Source of the DNA: Chiloscyllium plagiosum
Lineage: Eukaryota
DNA length: 64,000 nt
Assembly: GCF_004010195.1 (NCBI RefSeq)
Contig: NC_057750.1
Location: forward strand, 19,136,229 to 19,200,228
Direction: 5' to 3'
Position 1 is the stretch's first letter. Every line of letters begins with the position of its first letter. The notes under the pieces are model-generated. The model was not told where the DNA came from, did not search any database, and saw only the letters and a list, made by a program, of their open reading frames with translations. This document shows, piece after piece, positions 24,667-37,435 of the stretch. A program made the position numbers and the translations under genes.

Positions 24667-25170
24667 TTAAGTCATTTTCCAAGAGGGTGTCGATGTGGAG
24701 AGAGAACGGAGTTGAAGAATATGCTGATTGAGGGAGGTGAGGTAATGTGGCAGGAGGCTCATGTGGGTCCAAACACTAGAGCGGTTGTTCTCCTGGCCAG
24801 CTTCTGGACTCACTCTGTCTGTCAATTTGAGGGCTTCCAAAACTCCTCTGCACCTTGGCCTAACTCTCGCCAAGTCCTGTTCACCCATTTTCCCTGTCCT
24901 CCCACTGCACTTGCTAACCACATTGCTAGTTTGAAAACACCTCCATTTTAAAAAATTTATCCCTGTTTTCAAATCCCTTCATGACCTTGTCCTTCCCTAT
25001 CACTATAATCTCCTCTGAGACAACTGGCATTCCTCCAACACTTGATCAACCTTTGATTATAATTGTTCCATCATTGGGGATTGACACCTTCAGCCACTGT
25101 GAAATTCCTTCCCAAACTCTCCTCCTCTCTGCCTCCCTTTTCTCCTTTAAGAGGTTCCTTAAAGTTTGTC
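24667..25170. mobile_element. Old L2-like LINE fragments
   Basis: L2-type 3' region (CACCCATT..CCCTGTCCT..TTCAAATCCCTTCATG..CCTTCAGCC) on plus, with an apparent minus-strand piece to its left. Confidence 0.5.
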
Positions 25171-25189
25171 CGTTAACGTTTTTGTGAAG

Positions 25190-26280
25190 CATTTTCTTTA
25201 TTCAGTTGTGGGCTGTGGGTGTCGCTGGCTGGCCAGCATTTATTACCTGTCCCTACTTGCCCTTTGAGAAGATGGTGGTGAGCTGCCTTCTTGAAGCGTT
25301 GCAGTCCATGTACTGTGTGTTGACTTATAATGCTCTTCGGGAGGAATTCCAGAATTTTGACCCAGCAACAATGAAGGAATGATGATATATTTCCAAGTCG
25401 GGTTGGCAAGTGCCTTGGAGAGGAACTTGAAGGTGGTTGTGTTCCCATGAATCTTCTAGCCTTGTCCTTCTAGACAGAAATGGTTGTAGGTTTGGAAGGT
25501 GCTGTCTAAGGAACTTTTACAAATTTCTGCAGTCCATCTTGTAGATAGCACACATTGCAACTACTTGCATCAATGGTGTCAAGCTCCTTAAGTGTTGTTG
25601 GAGCTGCACTCATCCAATAAAGTGGGAAATGTTTCATCACACTCATGACTTGTGCCTTGTAGAAGAAAGGCAGACTTTGGGGAGTCAGGAGATGAGTTCC
25701 TTGCTGCAGTATTCCTCGCCTCTGACCTCCCTTTGCAGCCATAGTATTTATTTAATGAGTCAAGTTCAGTTTCTGGTCAATGGTATCACCCAAGATGATG
25801 ATAATGAGGGATTCAGTGATGGTAATATCATTGAATGTCAAAGGGCAGTGTTTAAATTGTCTCTTATGGAAGGTGGTTTTTGCTGGAATTCATGTGGCAG
25901 GAGTATTGCTTTGTTATTTTTTAGCCCAGCCTGGTTATTGTCCAGGGCTTGTAACATTTGGACATGGACAATAACCAATGTCTGAGGAGTTGCGGGTGGT
26001 GCTGAATATTGTGCAATTATGGTCAAACGTCCTCACTTCCGACTTTATGATGGAAGGAGTGTCATTGATGAAGCAACTGAAGATGGTTTGGCCTAGGACT
26101 GTACCTGAGGAACTCCTGCAGAGATGTCCTTGAGCTGAGGTGACTGACCTCCAGCAACCACAACCATTTTCCTATGTGACAGTAAGACGCCATCCATCAG
26201 AGAATTTCTTCCTGATTCCCATTGAATGCAGTTTTGCTTGGGTTCCTTCAAATCCTACTTGGTCAAATGCAGCCTTGATA
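25190..26280 (-). mobile_element. L2/CR1-group LINE 3' portion (same family as 21925-23730)
   Basis: Shared 3' end (GCATTTATT..CCCTA.TTGCCCTTGAGAAG on plus) and RT remnants. Confidence 0.8.
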
Positions 26281-27670
26281 TACATTACATATAATCATGG
26301 TGCTATATAATTCCAAGTTATTGTTGTCCCATGTGCGTATTGTAAAATAATATATACACCAGTTCTCACTCTATGCAGAATTAATTTTGCAGAATCGGAT
26401 CTCAGTGACTGTGCTTTGGCACAAGCAAACATTTTCCACATATGAGGCAATGCTGAACTGTGCAAGTCTCGTGCCAGACGTGTCTTAAATTGTCAGCTGA
26501 GGGAGTAACAATTCACCACGGACATGCCTCTGAAGAGCTTAACAAACATACCATGACGTTAGACCCATGAGCCAGATTAATCTTTCAAAGAACACACATG
26601 TAATCACTGTTTACAGATTGTCAGTAATGCACACAAGTACTTTTTTTAAAAAAAGGGTAAAAATAAAGTTTTATGTGAGATTTCACACACAATTTCTTTC
26701 CCAAGTGTGCACTCTTTTCTGCAGAGGAAACTTGACTTTTATTAAGATGTTGCTTCTCAGGATGTCCTGTAGCCCACGACCCAGGTATCAGGTATAAACC
26801 CAACTTTCAACTATTAAAGGGGTCAAACAACTGTATTGGATCTTGGCAACATTTTGCAAGACAAAATAGGAACAGAAGTGGGCCAGTCAACCCTTTAATT
26901 GTGTTCTGCAAATCAATTAGATCCTGTGTAACATATAGCATTATTCCATTCACCCACCTTGGCCTTATAGCACATAATAACCTTAGCTAGAAAATGTGAA
27001 TAGGTCACAGACCATCTGATTCACCTGTCATCTACTCATGAGTAGCTCCATTGACATAACTCCCTCTGCTGCTTGATGGTTGCCAGTCACTAATCTCCAG
27101 GACAGGCAAAGTATCTCAGATTACCAACCCTCCATGATTGTATTGAAGTCTTCAGGAATTACAGCTGGTCTCTCAATCACAGCTTTGAGCAAACAGCAGA
27201 AAAGACAGAGGTGCAATAAATTTACATTTTATAAAGGATAAAGTATTGGATTTGGAGAGAAAGGGCTGCTTGACTGAGTCAGAAATCACCAGTTCAGTAA
27301 TGAAGAGACTGATTGCTTATAGTTTAGAGAAGATGCGTATTACAAGAATGTCTGTATTGTGAAACCAATGTAGGCAAAGTGGTGAAGCAGTCTGAGGGAG
27401 CAGTACATCTTGAGAAACATATCCAGTCAGAGATGGGACACCAGAGGGACCACCCTTGAAGAGATACATTGTCAGCCTCCCTAAAATAACCAAGCAATGC
27501 TCCAGAACACCAGTAATCTTCCTTAAAGCTATCTGATTGACATCTTAACCTCTGTAATTTTCTCCTTCCAGAAGTTGTAACTGAAAATTGATCTAGGAAC
27601 AAGAGCTGTGGGTGATTTTCTCCCCATATCCCCACATGCCGAAGCCCTCCAACTATTCTGGCTGGAACAT

Positions 27671-27730
27671 TGTGTGTGTGTGTGTGTGCGTGAGACAGAG
27701 AGAGAGAGAGAGAGAGGGGAAGAGAGAGTG
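27671..27730. repeat. (TG)n(GA)n microsatellite
   Basis: Direct reading. Confidence 0.9.
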
Positions 27731-28185
27731 AGATGCGACCTTGTTGGGATGCGTAACTGTTAATCTAAAAGAGGGGCAGAGCACTGAAGCACCAGTGGGA
27801 ACCAATTTACCCACAACAAGCTCTCTGCAGAAAAATGGCAATTTTCACATAATTAGCTTTAATAAAGTTGGTTGACAAAGAAATCCAAGCCATTACAACT
27901 AAAAATGCACTCAGAGTTTTCTTATTTCTCTGATGAAGACTTCGAAGTAGGAAAATTGAGGTCTACTATTATTTAAGAGATGTTAGATTTGGTTGATGAA
28001 CAGCCTACAGATTCCTGCTTGATGTACAGAAATTATCTGCTCATTCATCCTTGTTTTGTAATCATGTGATCTCACCCCTGAGCTAAGCCAGTTCTGATCC
28101 TTGCTGCCACCTCTCATTGGGTTACAAGGTTACTGAAATAATTCCACAGAGACAAGCATCCATCACCAAGTCACTCTTTATTTAC

Positions 28186-29448
28186 TGTTGCAAAGTTGGG
28201 GAGAGTAATTGTAGATTGGGAGGCAGAAAGTTAGAATTTGGCGGTAGTAAAATTGTAAACTTGTAAAATGGGAAAGCATTGGATGGTCCCTTGAAAAGGC
28301 AGTCCTTTTCCTGTGCTTAGCTTGCAAGAGCACAGAGAGCCCAAACTGAAACATTTTTATCGAAAAGCTGTACAGTATGCAGGCCAAGCAACAGGTTCAC
28401 CAAGATAACAGATTTTTGAAGTTAGCCAATTAATTTGAACCAGGCACTTTGATACCAGAAACCTCTTAAATTTAAATCTGATGGTTTTGACAACATAATA
28501 CCAATCCTATGTAAGAAATATCGAGATGTTATCACGGGTATAAAAAAAAGGAGGCAGCTGGACAGAGACGACAGAACTAACTGCCATCCACCAGAGCCAC
28601 AGGCCCTCACCTCTCGAGAAAGAAATCGACTCTCACAGTCATCTATGTATTAATAACAATACTAACAGTAGAGATGACATTCCTGACAGAAGAACATGGA
28701 AAAAGGTGTTCCTGACAGAAGAATTGATGGAGGAGACACAGAACATTCCGGAAGACATGTAATCTGGCCGTAATTTCAAGAGACTAAATTCTGTCTTTTT
28801 TGTATATGAGTGGGACTTGTATTCATTGTAACAGCATACCATTAAATTCTTGTTTTATTTAGGAATAGTTAGTAGTTAGAAGGGATTTACTTGGTTTGTT
28901 AATAGTTTACTTAATTTGTTCACTGTTAGAGTTAGATAAATAAATTGATACATTAGATTAGATTACATTACAGCGTGGAAACAGGCCCTTCGGCCCAACT
29001 AGTCCACACTGACCCGCCGAAGCGCAACCCACCCATACCCCTACATTTACCCCTTACCTAACACTACGGGCAATTTAGCATGGCCAATTCACCTTACCTG
29101 CACATCTTTGGACTGTGGGAGGAAACCGGAGCACCTGGAGGAAACCCATGTAGACAACGTGCAAACTCTACACAGTCAGTCGCTTGAGGTGGGAATTGAA
29201 CCCGGGTCTCTGGCGCTGTGAGGCAGCAGTGCTAACCACTGTGCCACCGTGCCGCCCAAACTTGTTGATTTTAAAGTGAGTGTCAGGGTTTTATTTTATT
29301 TAACCACTAGAAGAGCTGAAAAGGCAGATTCTGCCACTTTTTACACTCCTTTTACAGCTTATAGGGCCAAATGTTCTCATTTGGGTCTTTCGGTTTTACT
29401 TCTCCGGGGGGGGGGGGGAGGGGGGGGTTCAACCTCCACTTTATAACA
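28186..29448 (+). mobile_element. Probable solo LTR (contains an HE1 SINE)
   Basis: TGTTGCAAAGT...ACTTTATAACA termini; flanks TTTAC/TTTGC (5 bp, 1 mismatch); CCAAT boxes, TATAAAA near 28538, AATAAA near 28939. Confidence 0.65.
28953..29257 (-). mobile_element. HE1-type SINE, near full length
   Basis: tRNA head, body and (ATCTA)n tail. Confidence 0.9.
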
Positions 29449-29473
29449 TTTGCACATGAACAGTCTTTGACTT

Positions 29474-29985
29474 TAGGTAAAAATGAGGACTGCAGATGCT
29501 GGAAACCTGAGTCTGGATTAGAGTGGTGCAGGAAAAGCACAGCAGGTCAGGCAGCATCCAAGGAGCAGGAAAATCGACGTTTCGGGCAAAAGCCCTNNNN
29601 NNNNNNNNNNNNNNNNNNNNNNNNNNNNNNNNNNNNNNNNNNNNNNNNNNNNNNNNNNNNNNNNNNNNNNNNNNNNNNNNNNNNNNNNNNNNNNNNNNNN
29701 NNNNNNNNNNNNNNNNNNNNNNNNNNNNNNNNNNNNNNNNNNNNNNNNNNNNNNNNNNNNNNNNNNNNNNNNNNNNNNNNNNNNNNNNNNNNNNNNNNNN
29801 NNNNNCCAGGCATTGGGTGGTGAGGGAGTGGCGGTGGAGGAGGCCCAGGATCTACATGTCCTCGGCAGAGTGGGAGGGGGAGTTGAAATGTTGAGCCACA
29901 GGGGGGTGGGGTTGATTGGTTCGTGTGTCCTGGAGATGTTCCCTAAAGCGCTCTGCGAGGAGACGTCCAGTCTCCCCAATGTCGA
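29474..29985 (-). mobile_element. Penelope family-B 3' end spanning an assembly gap
   Basis: pLTR left of the gap and GIY-YIG-region remnant right of it, homologous to 16440-17097. Confidence 0.75.
29597..29805. other. Assembly gap (N run)
   Basis: N characters. Confidence 1.
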
Positions 29986-29999
29986 GGGTGTTTTCGTAC

Positions 30000-30640
30000 T
30001 GGGTTAGGTTGCTCTGACGTGGCATCTAATATGGACAGTGTGCAACGCCTGGTGGTGGGAGCTTGCCTGTTGTGCCAGGAGCACTCAATAGAATTTTAAT
30101 CTCTTCTTCCAGCAGCAAAGATGAATGTAGCTGCCTTGATGCCATGTTTAGATCTGATTCTAAGACTTGGTGGAGAGAGTGAACTCATGGGTTCCGGCGG
30201 TCTTTCTGACTGTTCCAAGGGACAGGGCACATTTTGTTCCCCCACTGTTTGCAAATTCATCCTTTTCATATGTCTGCATGTTTGTTTATGACTGTCACAC
30301 CTATCTGAACTCTACACGTCACTGGTCCTCACGTTGACCATGTCTCTTACCCATGTGAGGCATTTCCATGATTGTCTCTTTTGCTTGGCGGAGTCTTGTG
30401 TCTGGCATTGGCATTCCTAATCCTTTTCACCCTTGCTCCCATGTCCAGGAAGATCAAATGCAGAGTCTCCTATCCATTAACGACTCAGCCTGTGCTATTC
30501 ATGTAGTTGTCTACAATCAAATAAGAACCGTGACAGCTTCGTACCGAGTGAGGCTGTGGGCTATTTCTTCAAGCCTGCCTTCAAGGTATTGACAGCTGCT
30601 TCTTCCAGGCCGTTGGATGATGGGTGGTATGAGTTGCCTT
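30000..30640 (-). mobile_element. Gypsy integrase C-terminal remnant
   Basis: YHPSSNGLEEAAVNTLKAGLKK*PTASLGTKLSRFLFD on minus; follows on from the integrase that stops near 32425. Confidence 0.75.
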
Positions 30641-30644
30641 TAGG

Positions 30645-31372
30645 CCCCAATGCCCCCTGGATCTGAGACCAAGGATCCATCATTGACAAATGGCACAAGG
30701 AGCTGCTGGTAAAAACAATGACTGCAGATGCTGGAAACCAGATTCTGGATTAGTGGTGCTGGAAGAGCACAGCAGTTCAGGCAGCATCCAAAGAGCAGCA
30801 AAATCGATGTTTCGGGCAAAAGCATTTCATCAGGAATAAAGCTTTATTCCTGATGAAGGGCTTCTGCTCCTTGGATGCTGCCTGAACTGCTGTGCTCTTC
30901 CAGCACCACTAATCCAGAACAAGGAGCTACTGGTGACCCTGTGACATTTTATCCAGCGAGTAAAAGAAGGGGGAGCTGCAGTCTAGATCCTGAAAGAACA
31001 GGACCCATGATCTCACATATACACCCTGGAACCCAAGGAGCTGCAGATCCCAGGGTGCAGCCATACGCTTTATACACCTCCCGCAGGGCCAGGTCCACAT
31101 CTGTCTGACTGAGATGCGACTCCAGGTCAAATACCTCCTTCTCTAACCCCTTGATCCTGGATTTCCACCTCTTATTCAACCCCCATGTGTACTGCTGACA
31201 GAAGACACAGGCGTGAGTCTTGCCCGTATCCCACCGTAGCCTCAGGGAAGGGAGGCGTCCCCCGCTTCCTTCTCCAGTTCCTTAGCCAGCTATGTTCTGA
31301 CCTGCTACCCAATTCACAGTCCAAACAATAGTCCTCTGAAGCCCAAAGGCGGCAGTCACTGGCAACAAAATG
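30645..31372 (-). mobile_element. Tx1/L1 ORF2 EN-RT linker fragment
   Basis: WRRKRG, LRLRWDTGKTH..FCQQY, LEKEVFDLESHL, FFQDLDCSSPFFYSLDK, DGSLVSDPGGI. Confidence 0.7.
30711..30918. mobile_element. Palindromic pLTR mini-insertion (family B), 16-bp TSD
   Basis: TSD ACAAGGAGCT(G/A)CTGGT at 30695-30710 and 30919-30934; perfect centre TCATCAGGAATAAAGCTTTATTCCTGATGA. Confidence 0.88.
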
Positions 31373-31376
31373 GGAT

Positions 31377-32132
31377 AGTACAGGCCGCAGTCCTTTATTC
31401 GCCAAAAACGGATACTCCCGCAATTTCATCAACAGACGCCTAAGGGAAAGACAACGGAACGAGGACATGCCACAACCCAAAGGACTAGCCACACTACCAT
31501 ACATCAAGAACATTTCTGAACTGACAGCCAGACTACTACGACCACTAGGACTCATAACAGCACACAAACCAACAGCCACTCTCAGACAACAACTCACCAG
31601 GCAAAGGACCTGATACCAAGCATGAGCAAAACCAATGTGGTGTACAATATCCCATGCAAGGACTCCACAAAATACTACATAGGACAAACAGGAAGACAGC
31701 TAACGATCCGTATCCATGAACACCAACTAGCCACGAAACGACACGACCAGCTATCCTTAGTAGCCACACACGCAGATGACAAGCAACATGAGTTCGACTG
31801 GGACAACACTACTATTATAGGACAAGCCAAACAGAGAACAGCCAGGGAATTCCTGGAGGCATGGCACTCATCCACAGATTCTATCAACAAACACATCGAC
31901 CTGGATCCAATATACCGGCCACTGCAGTGGACAGCTGGAATTGGCAACCGGAAACGGCAGAGACAAACCACTATAAATGCCGGAGGAAACATCACAGAAA
32001 TGCTTCACAGGAGGCCCCCAAGCACTGAGGATATCACCTAGACAGGGGATGAATTGTCTGCAATATAAATTCCCAGCTCGGCAAACAGAACCACAACAAC
32101 GAGCACCCGAGCTACAAATCTTCTCAGAAACT
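31377..32132 (+). mobile_element. Penelope/Poseidon-like element 3' end with GIY-YIG endonuclease and decayed hammerhead (family C)
   Basis: LFAKNGYSRNFI..TLPYIKNISE; VVYNIPC..YYIGQTGRQLTIRIHEH; GCA-CTGAGGA...GAAT-TGTC-TGC near 32022-32061. Confidence 0.9.
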
Positions 32133-32424
32133 TTGTGAGACACTATTTCCCACGCAAAAAGCCATGTTGACTATTGTGAATCAGTCATTGCCTCTCCAAA
32201 TGTATGTAAATCCTATCTGTCAGAATCTATCCAACAACCTACCCACTACTGACATCAGATTAATTGGCAATATTTCTCCTTTTAAATAAAGGCACAATAT
32301 TAGCCATCTTACAGTCTTTCAGCACCTCCCCTGTGATTGTAGATGATACAAATATCTCTGTTAGGGGGCCCAAAAATTCTTTCCTAGGTTCCCACAACAT
32401 CCTGGGATACACTTGATCAGATCA

Positions 32425-34450
32425 AGAAATAACCAAATTCCCTGCTGGTAAACAATGGCCCATTACCTGTGACCAACACTTCTGGGACTCCGTGTGTTGA
32501 AAAAGACACACGCAGATTTTCTGTCATCATCCCTGTGTTTGACAAATGGATCTTATGCATGTCCATACATTTCGAATAGGCATCTACAATGACCAAGAAC
32601 ATTGGACCCATGAACCTGCATAGTTCACGTGCAATTGAGTCCAATGTGTACCTGGCTATTCCCATGGAGAATTGCTGGTGTTGATTTTTGACCTTGTTGG
32701 CAGTCTGAGTACTGCCCCACCAATGCAGCTATGTCTGTACCCAAACCTAGTCACTAGACATAACTTTTCATCAACATCTTCATTTTGGAGACCCCTGGTT
32801 GATCCTGGTGGAGTTCAGCCAGTATTTGTTGGCAACCTTTCCTCAGGCCAATCACTCTCCCTCTCCATAACAATATGCAATCCTCTACCATGAGTTGGTT
32901 TCTCTGAGTCCAAAAACATTTCAGTTCTAGTTGTGACAAGTCTTTGGTTTTGCTCATTGATTCCAGTTGTTTCAGTTTTGAAAAGACTGGATCCCTCTGC
33001 ATCCAAAGTCTCCCGTTGTCAGGTGTGACTGGGATTGTGTCCAGAAAATTTAATATCATGACAGACCCTTCCATTGGGGGTACCGCAATGGTGTATCTGC
33101 TGATGGGAGGCAGTTCAATATATTCATATTCGCTACCCAGCCTCCCAAAAACTTATAATTATATACACGTAGTATGGATGCATAAGCATTCCTCTCTGTT
33201 GGTCCACCTATGAGCTAATAGCATCCCAATGCCATAAGGAAGGACATGCCATGTCAATACCAGATCCTTCTTGGGGCCATAGTGGCCCAATACCTCAGAG
33301 GACAATAGCTGTTTCTTTAATTCATCAAGAGCTAGGGCATGTCTATGCAAGTATTTCCAAACTGACCCTTTTTTGATGCAAATTTCCCGTTATGTATGAA
33401 TTTTCCAAAATAATTTACCAATCCAAGATATGGCCTGAACTCTTGGAAAGACATGGGAGCCAGAGCACCTTTGATCACCCACATTTATCTTCCAACAGAT
33501 GTAACGCAGTCTTTTGACCCTGCAGCCCAAGTAGGTCACTTGGGGGACCTGGAACGCATACTTTTCCCTCTAAGTGTTCCTTATAAAGTTTCACGGTTAT
33601 TTGGACATTGTCTAGGCAAATTGGCAACCTGTGGTAGATTTTGAAAAAGGTTCTCCATTGTCCGCTGATAATACACCAAATGGGAGTCTTGTCTATTGGT
33701 ACAAGTCCTTATGGGTATTAATTGTAGTAAATATCTGTGAATCTGTTTTAAATGCAATTGCAAGTAAGACTGGCTTATGTCCAGCTTCATGAAAGATGCC
33801 CCCCCCCCCTGCTGTTAGCTTTGCTTATATATCCTCCATGCGCAGAATTGGGTATTTACTCTGTGGGAAGTGGTTTACCATTTGTTTAAAATCCCCACAA
33901 AGACAAGTCGATCCATCAGGTTTTATAATTGGTACAACGAATGCTGTCTATTCTATGAATTGGATTGCTTTAATGATTCCTTCACTTTCCAGGTTTTTGA
34001 TTTCTGCCTTTACTTTTGCCCGTGAGGCAGATGGCACTGGGTGGGCCTTGCAGGAGACCTCCAGGTATTCCATTAGGAGTTCACTCAGGCATGCATTTTC
34101 TAGTTGAAAAATGTTGAATCAATCTATGTGAATCTCTCGCAACCAATGTCGCCCGATCAAACTTGGTCCCAAGACGTTTACTACAATCACTGGTAAATGA
34201 ATCAGCTGCTTTTCATAAATGACCAGAGCCAAAGTTGTACTCTTAATCTGTAAAGGCTCCCTGATATAGGTTCTCAGTCCATTTGAAGTCTTGCTACGAA
34301 GCTGAGGGCTGGAGCCCAGAGAGAATTTCATTAAAAATTGATTCAGCAATCACTGATGTGGCCACATTTTGCCGAGTGCATCTTATGAGAAAATAATCAC
34401 TTAGGATTGATAGCAGTATGGATTATCAGGTTAAAAAACCCAAATCATTT
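32425..34450 (-). mobile_element. Gypsy LTR-retrotransposon pol, degenerate
   Basis: GPSLIGRHWL (protease end), KLDISQSYLQL (RT), LGHYGPKKDLVL..PYGIG (RNase H), ILAELHQDQPGVSKMK and FLVIVDAYSK..NGPLFTSREF (integrase). Confidence 0.85.
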
Positions 34451-34591
34451 ACAATTTGCCTCTGGCAGAATGTTGAACAGATGTTTAAACTGATTAGGAT
34501 TAAGGCTGCAGGACTAAGTCAGCTCATTCTAATATAATACTCTGGGGTTCCAGAGTGTAGAATAGCATAGAAGGAGGTTGGGGAGGGCCCT

Positions 34592-35215
34592 TTTGTAGTG
34601 CACTGGTAGTGTCTCTACCTCTGGACTGGGAGGCCTGTGTTCAAGTCCCACCTGGTCCAGAGATGTGTAATGACATCTCTGAACAGATTGGTTGAAAAAT
34701 TGGTTAAATAAAGGATGAATTAAAGTAACATTTACCAATGACATTAAGTGATCCATGTACAGAGAACCTCAATTATCTGAAAGACATGGGCAGGGAATAT
34801 TTTGTTCCATTAATCGAATGCCAGATAATCGAATGCTGGATAACATAGTTTAGCTAAGCACAGAGATCTTGCAATCTTGCCAGATAATCCAATATTCAGA
34901 TAATTGAATATCAGATGATCGAGGTTCCTCTGTAAATACAAGTGTGTCACATTTCTGACTGGATTGTCTTAGGGCCTTCCTATGGTGTGGGGATAGTGTC
35001 CCTATCTCTGGACCAGGAGGATTAGGTTCAAATCTCACTTACTGCAGAATGATATCTCTGAGCAGTTTCATCAGAAAAATAGGTTAAATAAATAAAAATG
35101 AGAGACTGGGTCTGTTTTGGTTGAGGGTCAGTGTCCCTACCTTTGAAGCAGGAGACCTCGGTTCAAGACTTACCTGATTTGTAATAACACCCCTGTGCAG
35201 GTTGTTCAGAAAATA
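34592..35215 (+). mobile_element. Cluster of three short tRNA-derived SINEs (about 34592-34700, 34980-35080, 35115-35215)
   Basis: Same family as 11649-11899; another copy on minus at about 41560-41665. Confidence 0.65.
34760..34932. mobile_element. Tc1/mariner (pogo/Tigger-like) MITE
   Basis: TA-CAGAGAACCTCAATTATC ... GATGATCGAGGTTCCTCTG-TA: TIRs, TA duplications and internal GATAATCGAA-like repeats. Confidence 0.8.
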
Positions 35216-35467
35216 TCGACAACCACTACCATCGAAAACCCAACTGGTTCACGAAGCGAAAATTGCTATCCTTACCTGGTCTGGCCTCCAAGTGACTGCA
35301 GATCCACAGTAATGTGGTTACCACCCAATCTTGTGAATGAATAAAACCAGAGGAGGGCATTCAAGCCAGATAATTCTGGATTTAGTGTTAAGTAATGAGG
35401 CAGACACGATCAGGAATCTTAAGGTGAAGGAACCCCAAGGGATCAGTGACCATAATATGATATGATT

Positions 35468-36620
35468 TGGGCAAGAGGGTGGCATAGTAGTTAGTGCTGC
35501 TGCCTCACATTGCCAGGGACCTGGATTCGATTCCAGTCTTGGGGGACTGTCTGTGTGGAGTTCTCCCCATGCCTATGTGGATTTCTGCTGGGTGTTCCGG
35601 TTTCCTCCCACAATCCAAAAAGCTTCAGAAAGCTTTTGATAAAGTCCCACACAGGAGATTAGTGAGTAAAATTAGGGCGCATGGTATTGGGGGCAAAGTA
35701 CTAGATTGGATTCAAAATTGGTTGTCTGATGGGAAACAAATGGTAGTGATAAACGGCTCCATTTCGGAATGGCAGGCAGTGACCAGTGGGGTACCGCAGG
35801 GATCCGTGCTGGGACCACAGCTTTTTACAATATATGTTAATGATATAGAAGATAGTATCAGCAATAACATTAGCAAATTTGCTGATGATACAAAGCTGGA
35901 TGGCAGGGTGAAATGTGATGAGGATATTAGGAGATTACAGGGTGACCTGGACAAGTCAGGTGAGTGGGCAGATGCATGGCAGATGCAGTTTAATGTGGAG
36001 AAATGTATGGTTATCCACTTTGGTAGCAAGAACAGGAAGGCAGACTACTACCCCAATGGAATCAATTTATGTAAAGGGCAGTACAGAAGGGGATCTGATT
36101 GAGACATATAAGATTATTAAAGGTTTGGACACTCTGGAGGCAGGAAACATGTTTCCGCTGATGGGTGAGTGCCGAACCAGAGGACACAGCTTAAAAATAC
36201 GGGGTAGACCATTTAGGACAGAGATGAGGAGAAACTTCTTCACCCAGAGAGTGATGGCTGTGTGGAATGCTCTGCCTCAGAGGGCAGTGGAGGCCCAGTC
36301 TCTGGATTCATTTAAGAAAGAGTTGGATAGAACTCTCAAAGATAGTGGAATCAAGGGTTATGGAGATAAGGCAGGAACTGAATACTGATTAGGAATGATC
36401 AGCCATGATTATGTTTGCAGGCTCGAAGGGCTGAATGGCCTACTCCTGCACCTATTGTCTGTTGTCCAAAAATGTGAAGTTTAGGTGGTTTGGCCTTGTG
36501 AAATTGCCTCCTAATATCCTGAGATGTGGAGGTGAGGTGGATTAACCATGGGATACTCTTTGGAGGGTTGGTGCAGACTTGATGGTGGAATGGCCTCTGT
36601 CTACACTGTAGGGATTCAAT
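35468..36620 (+). mobile_element. HE1-type SINE split by a CR1 insertion (CR1 35622-36464)
   Basis: SINE head 35468-35621 and tail 36473-36620; CR1 RT QKAFDKVPH, GVPQGSVLGP, KFADDTK; TSD TCCAAAAA at 35614-35621 and 36465-36472. Confidence 0.85.
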
Positions 36621-36679
36621 TATACCAATGATACCAAATCCATCTTGTAGTTTAAGAGGAAAAAGCTTGAATCTGATAA

Positions 36680-37435
36680 TTTGGAGGTGCTGGTGTTGGA
36701 CTGGGGTGGACAAAGTTAAAAATCACACAACACCAGGTTAAAGTCCAACAGGTTTATTTGAAAATACTAGCTTTCGGAGCACTGCTTCTTCATCAGGTGG
36801 TTGTGAAGCAGAATCATAAGACACAGACTTTACAGCAACAGAATTGCAGTGTCATGGAATGTAATATTAAACAAATTTAGCTGAGGTCTTTCATCTTTTA
36901 GAATGACCATGTTAGTTTCAGTTACTTAAAAAAAGTTCTATTCTCAAGATAGCTTTTAACAGTAGGTGTCATCTCAGCTCAGATAATGCATTGAAGATGT
37001 GAAGTTAAACTCAATGTTAGGTCAAACTGATTCTATTTCTAAAGTGGGAGTTAAAGTTGCATAAGCAAAATAAAATGTAATTCTGCAAGTACAAATTCAC
37101 CACACAAACTTATATGTGCATGTGTGCAGGGGAGAGTGTGTGCATGTGGGTATGTGCATATGGGGGTATGAGTGTCTGTGTGTGAGAGAGAGAGAGAGAG
37201 TGTGTGTGTGTCTGTGTCTGTATGTATATGTATGTAGTGTAGTGGGGTCACCTGTAGTGTGACATGAACCCAAGGTCCAGGTTGAGGCCATCCCCATGGG
37301 TAGCGAACTTGGTTATTTAGTAAATTTGTTTAATATTACATTCCATGACACTGTGATCCGGTTGCTATACTGTTCATGTCTGATGATTCTGCTCCACAAC
37401 CACCTGATGAAGAAGACATGTTATGTGATAAGCTA
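36680..37435 (-). mobile_element. Penelope family-A 3' end with pLTR, hammerhead and an inverted terminal copy
   Basis: ORF end TKFATHGDGLNLDLGFMSHYR*; minus CAC-CUGAUGA-AGAAGC..GCUCC-GAAA-GCUA near 36767-36800; 37320-37412 is an inverted copy of about 36790-36880. Confidence 0.82.

Noticed and set aside
27324..27635. 103-aa Cys/Trp-rich minus-strand ORF
   Set aside because: No motif or splice context; consistent with a chance ORF.
29190..29257. tRNA-like A/B boxes
   Set aside because: These are SINE heads (HE1 and the short SINE), not complete tRNA genes.
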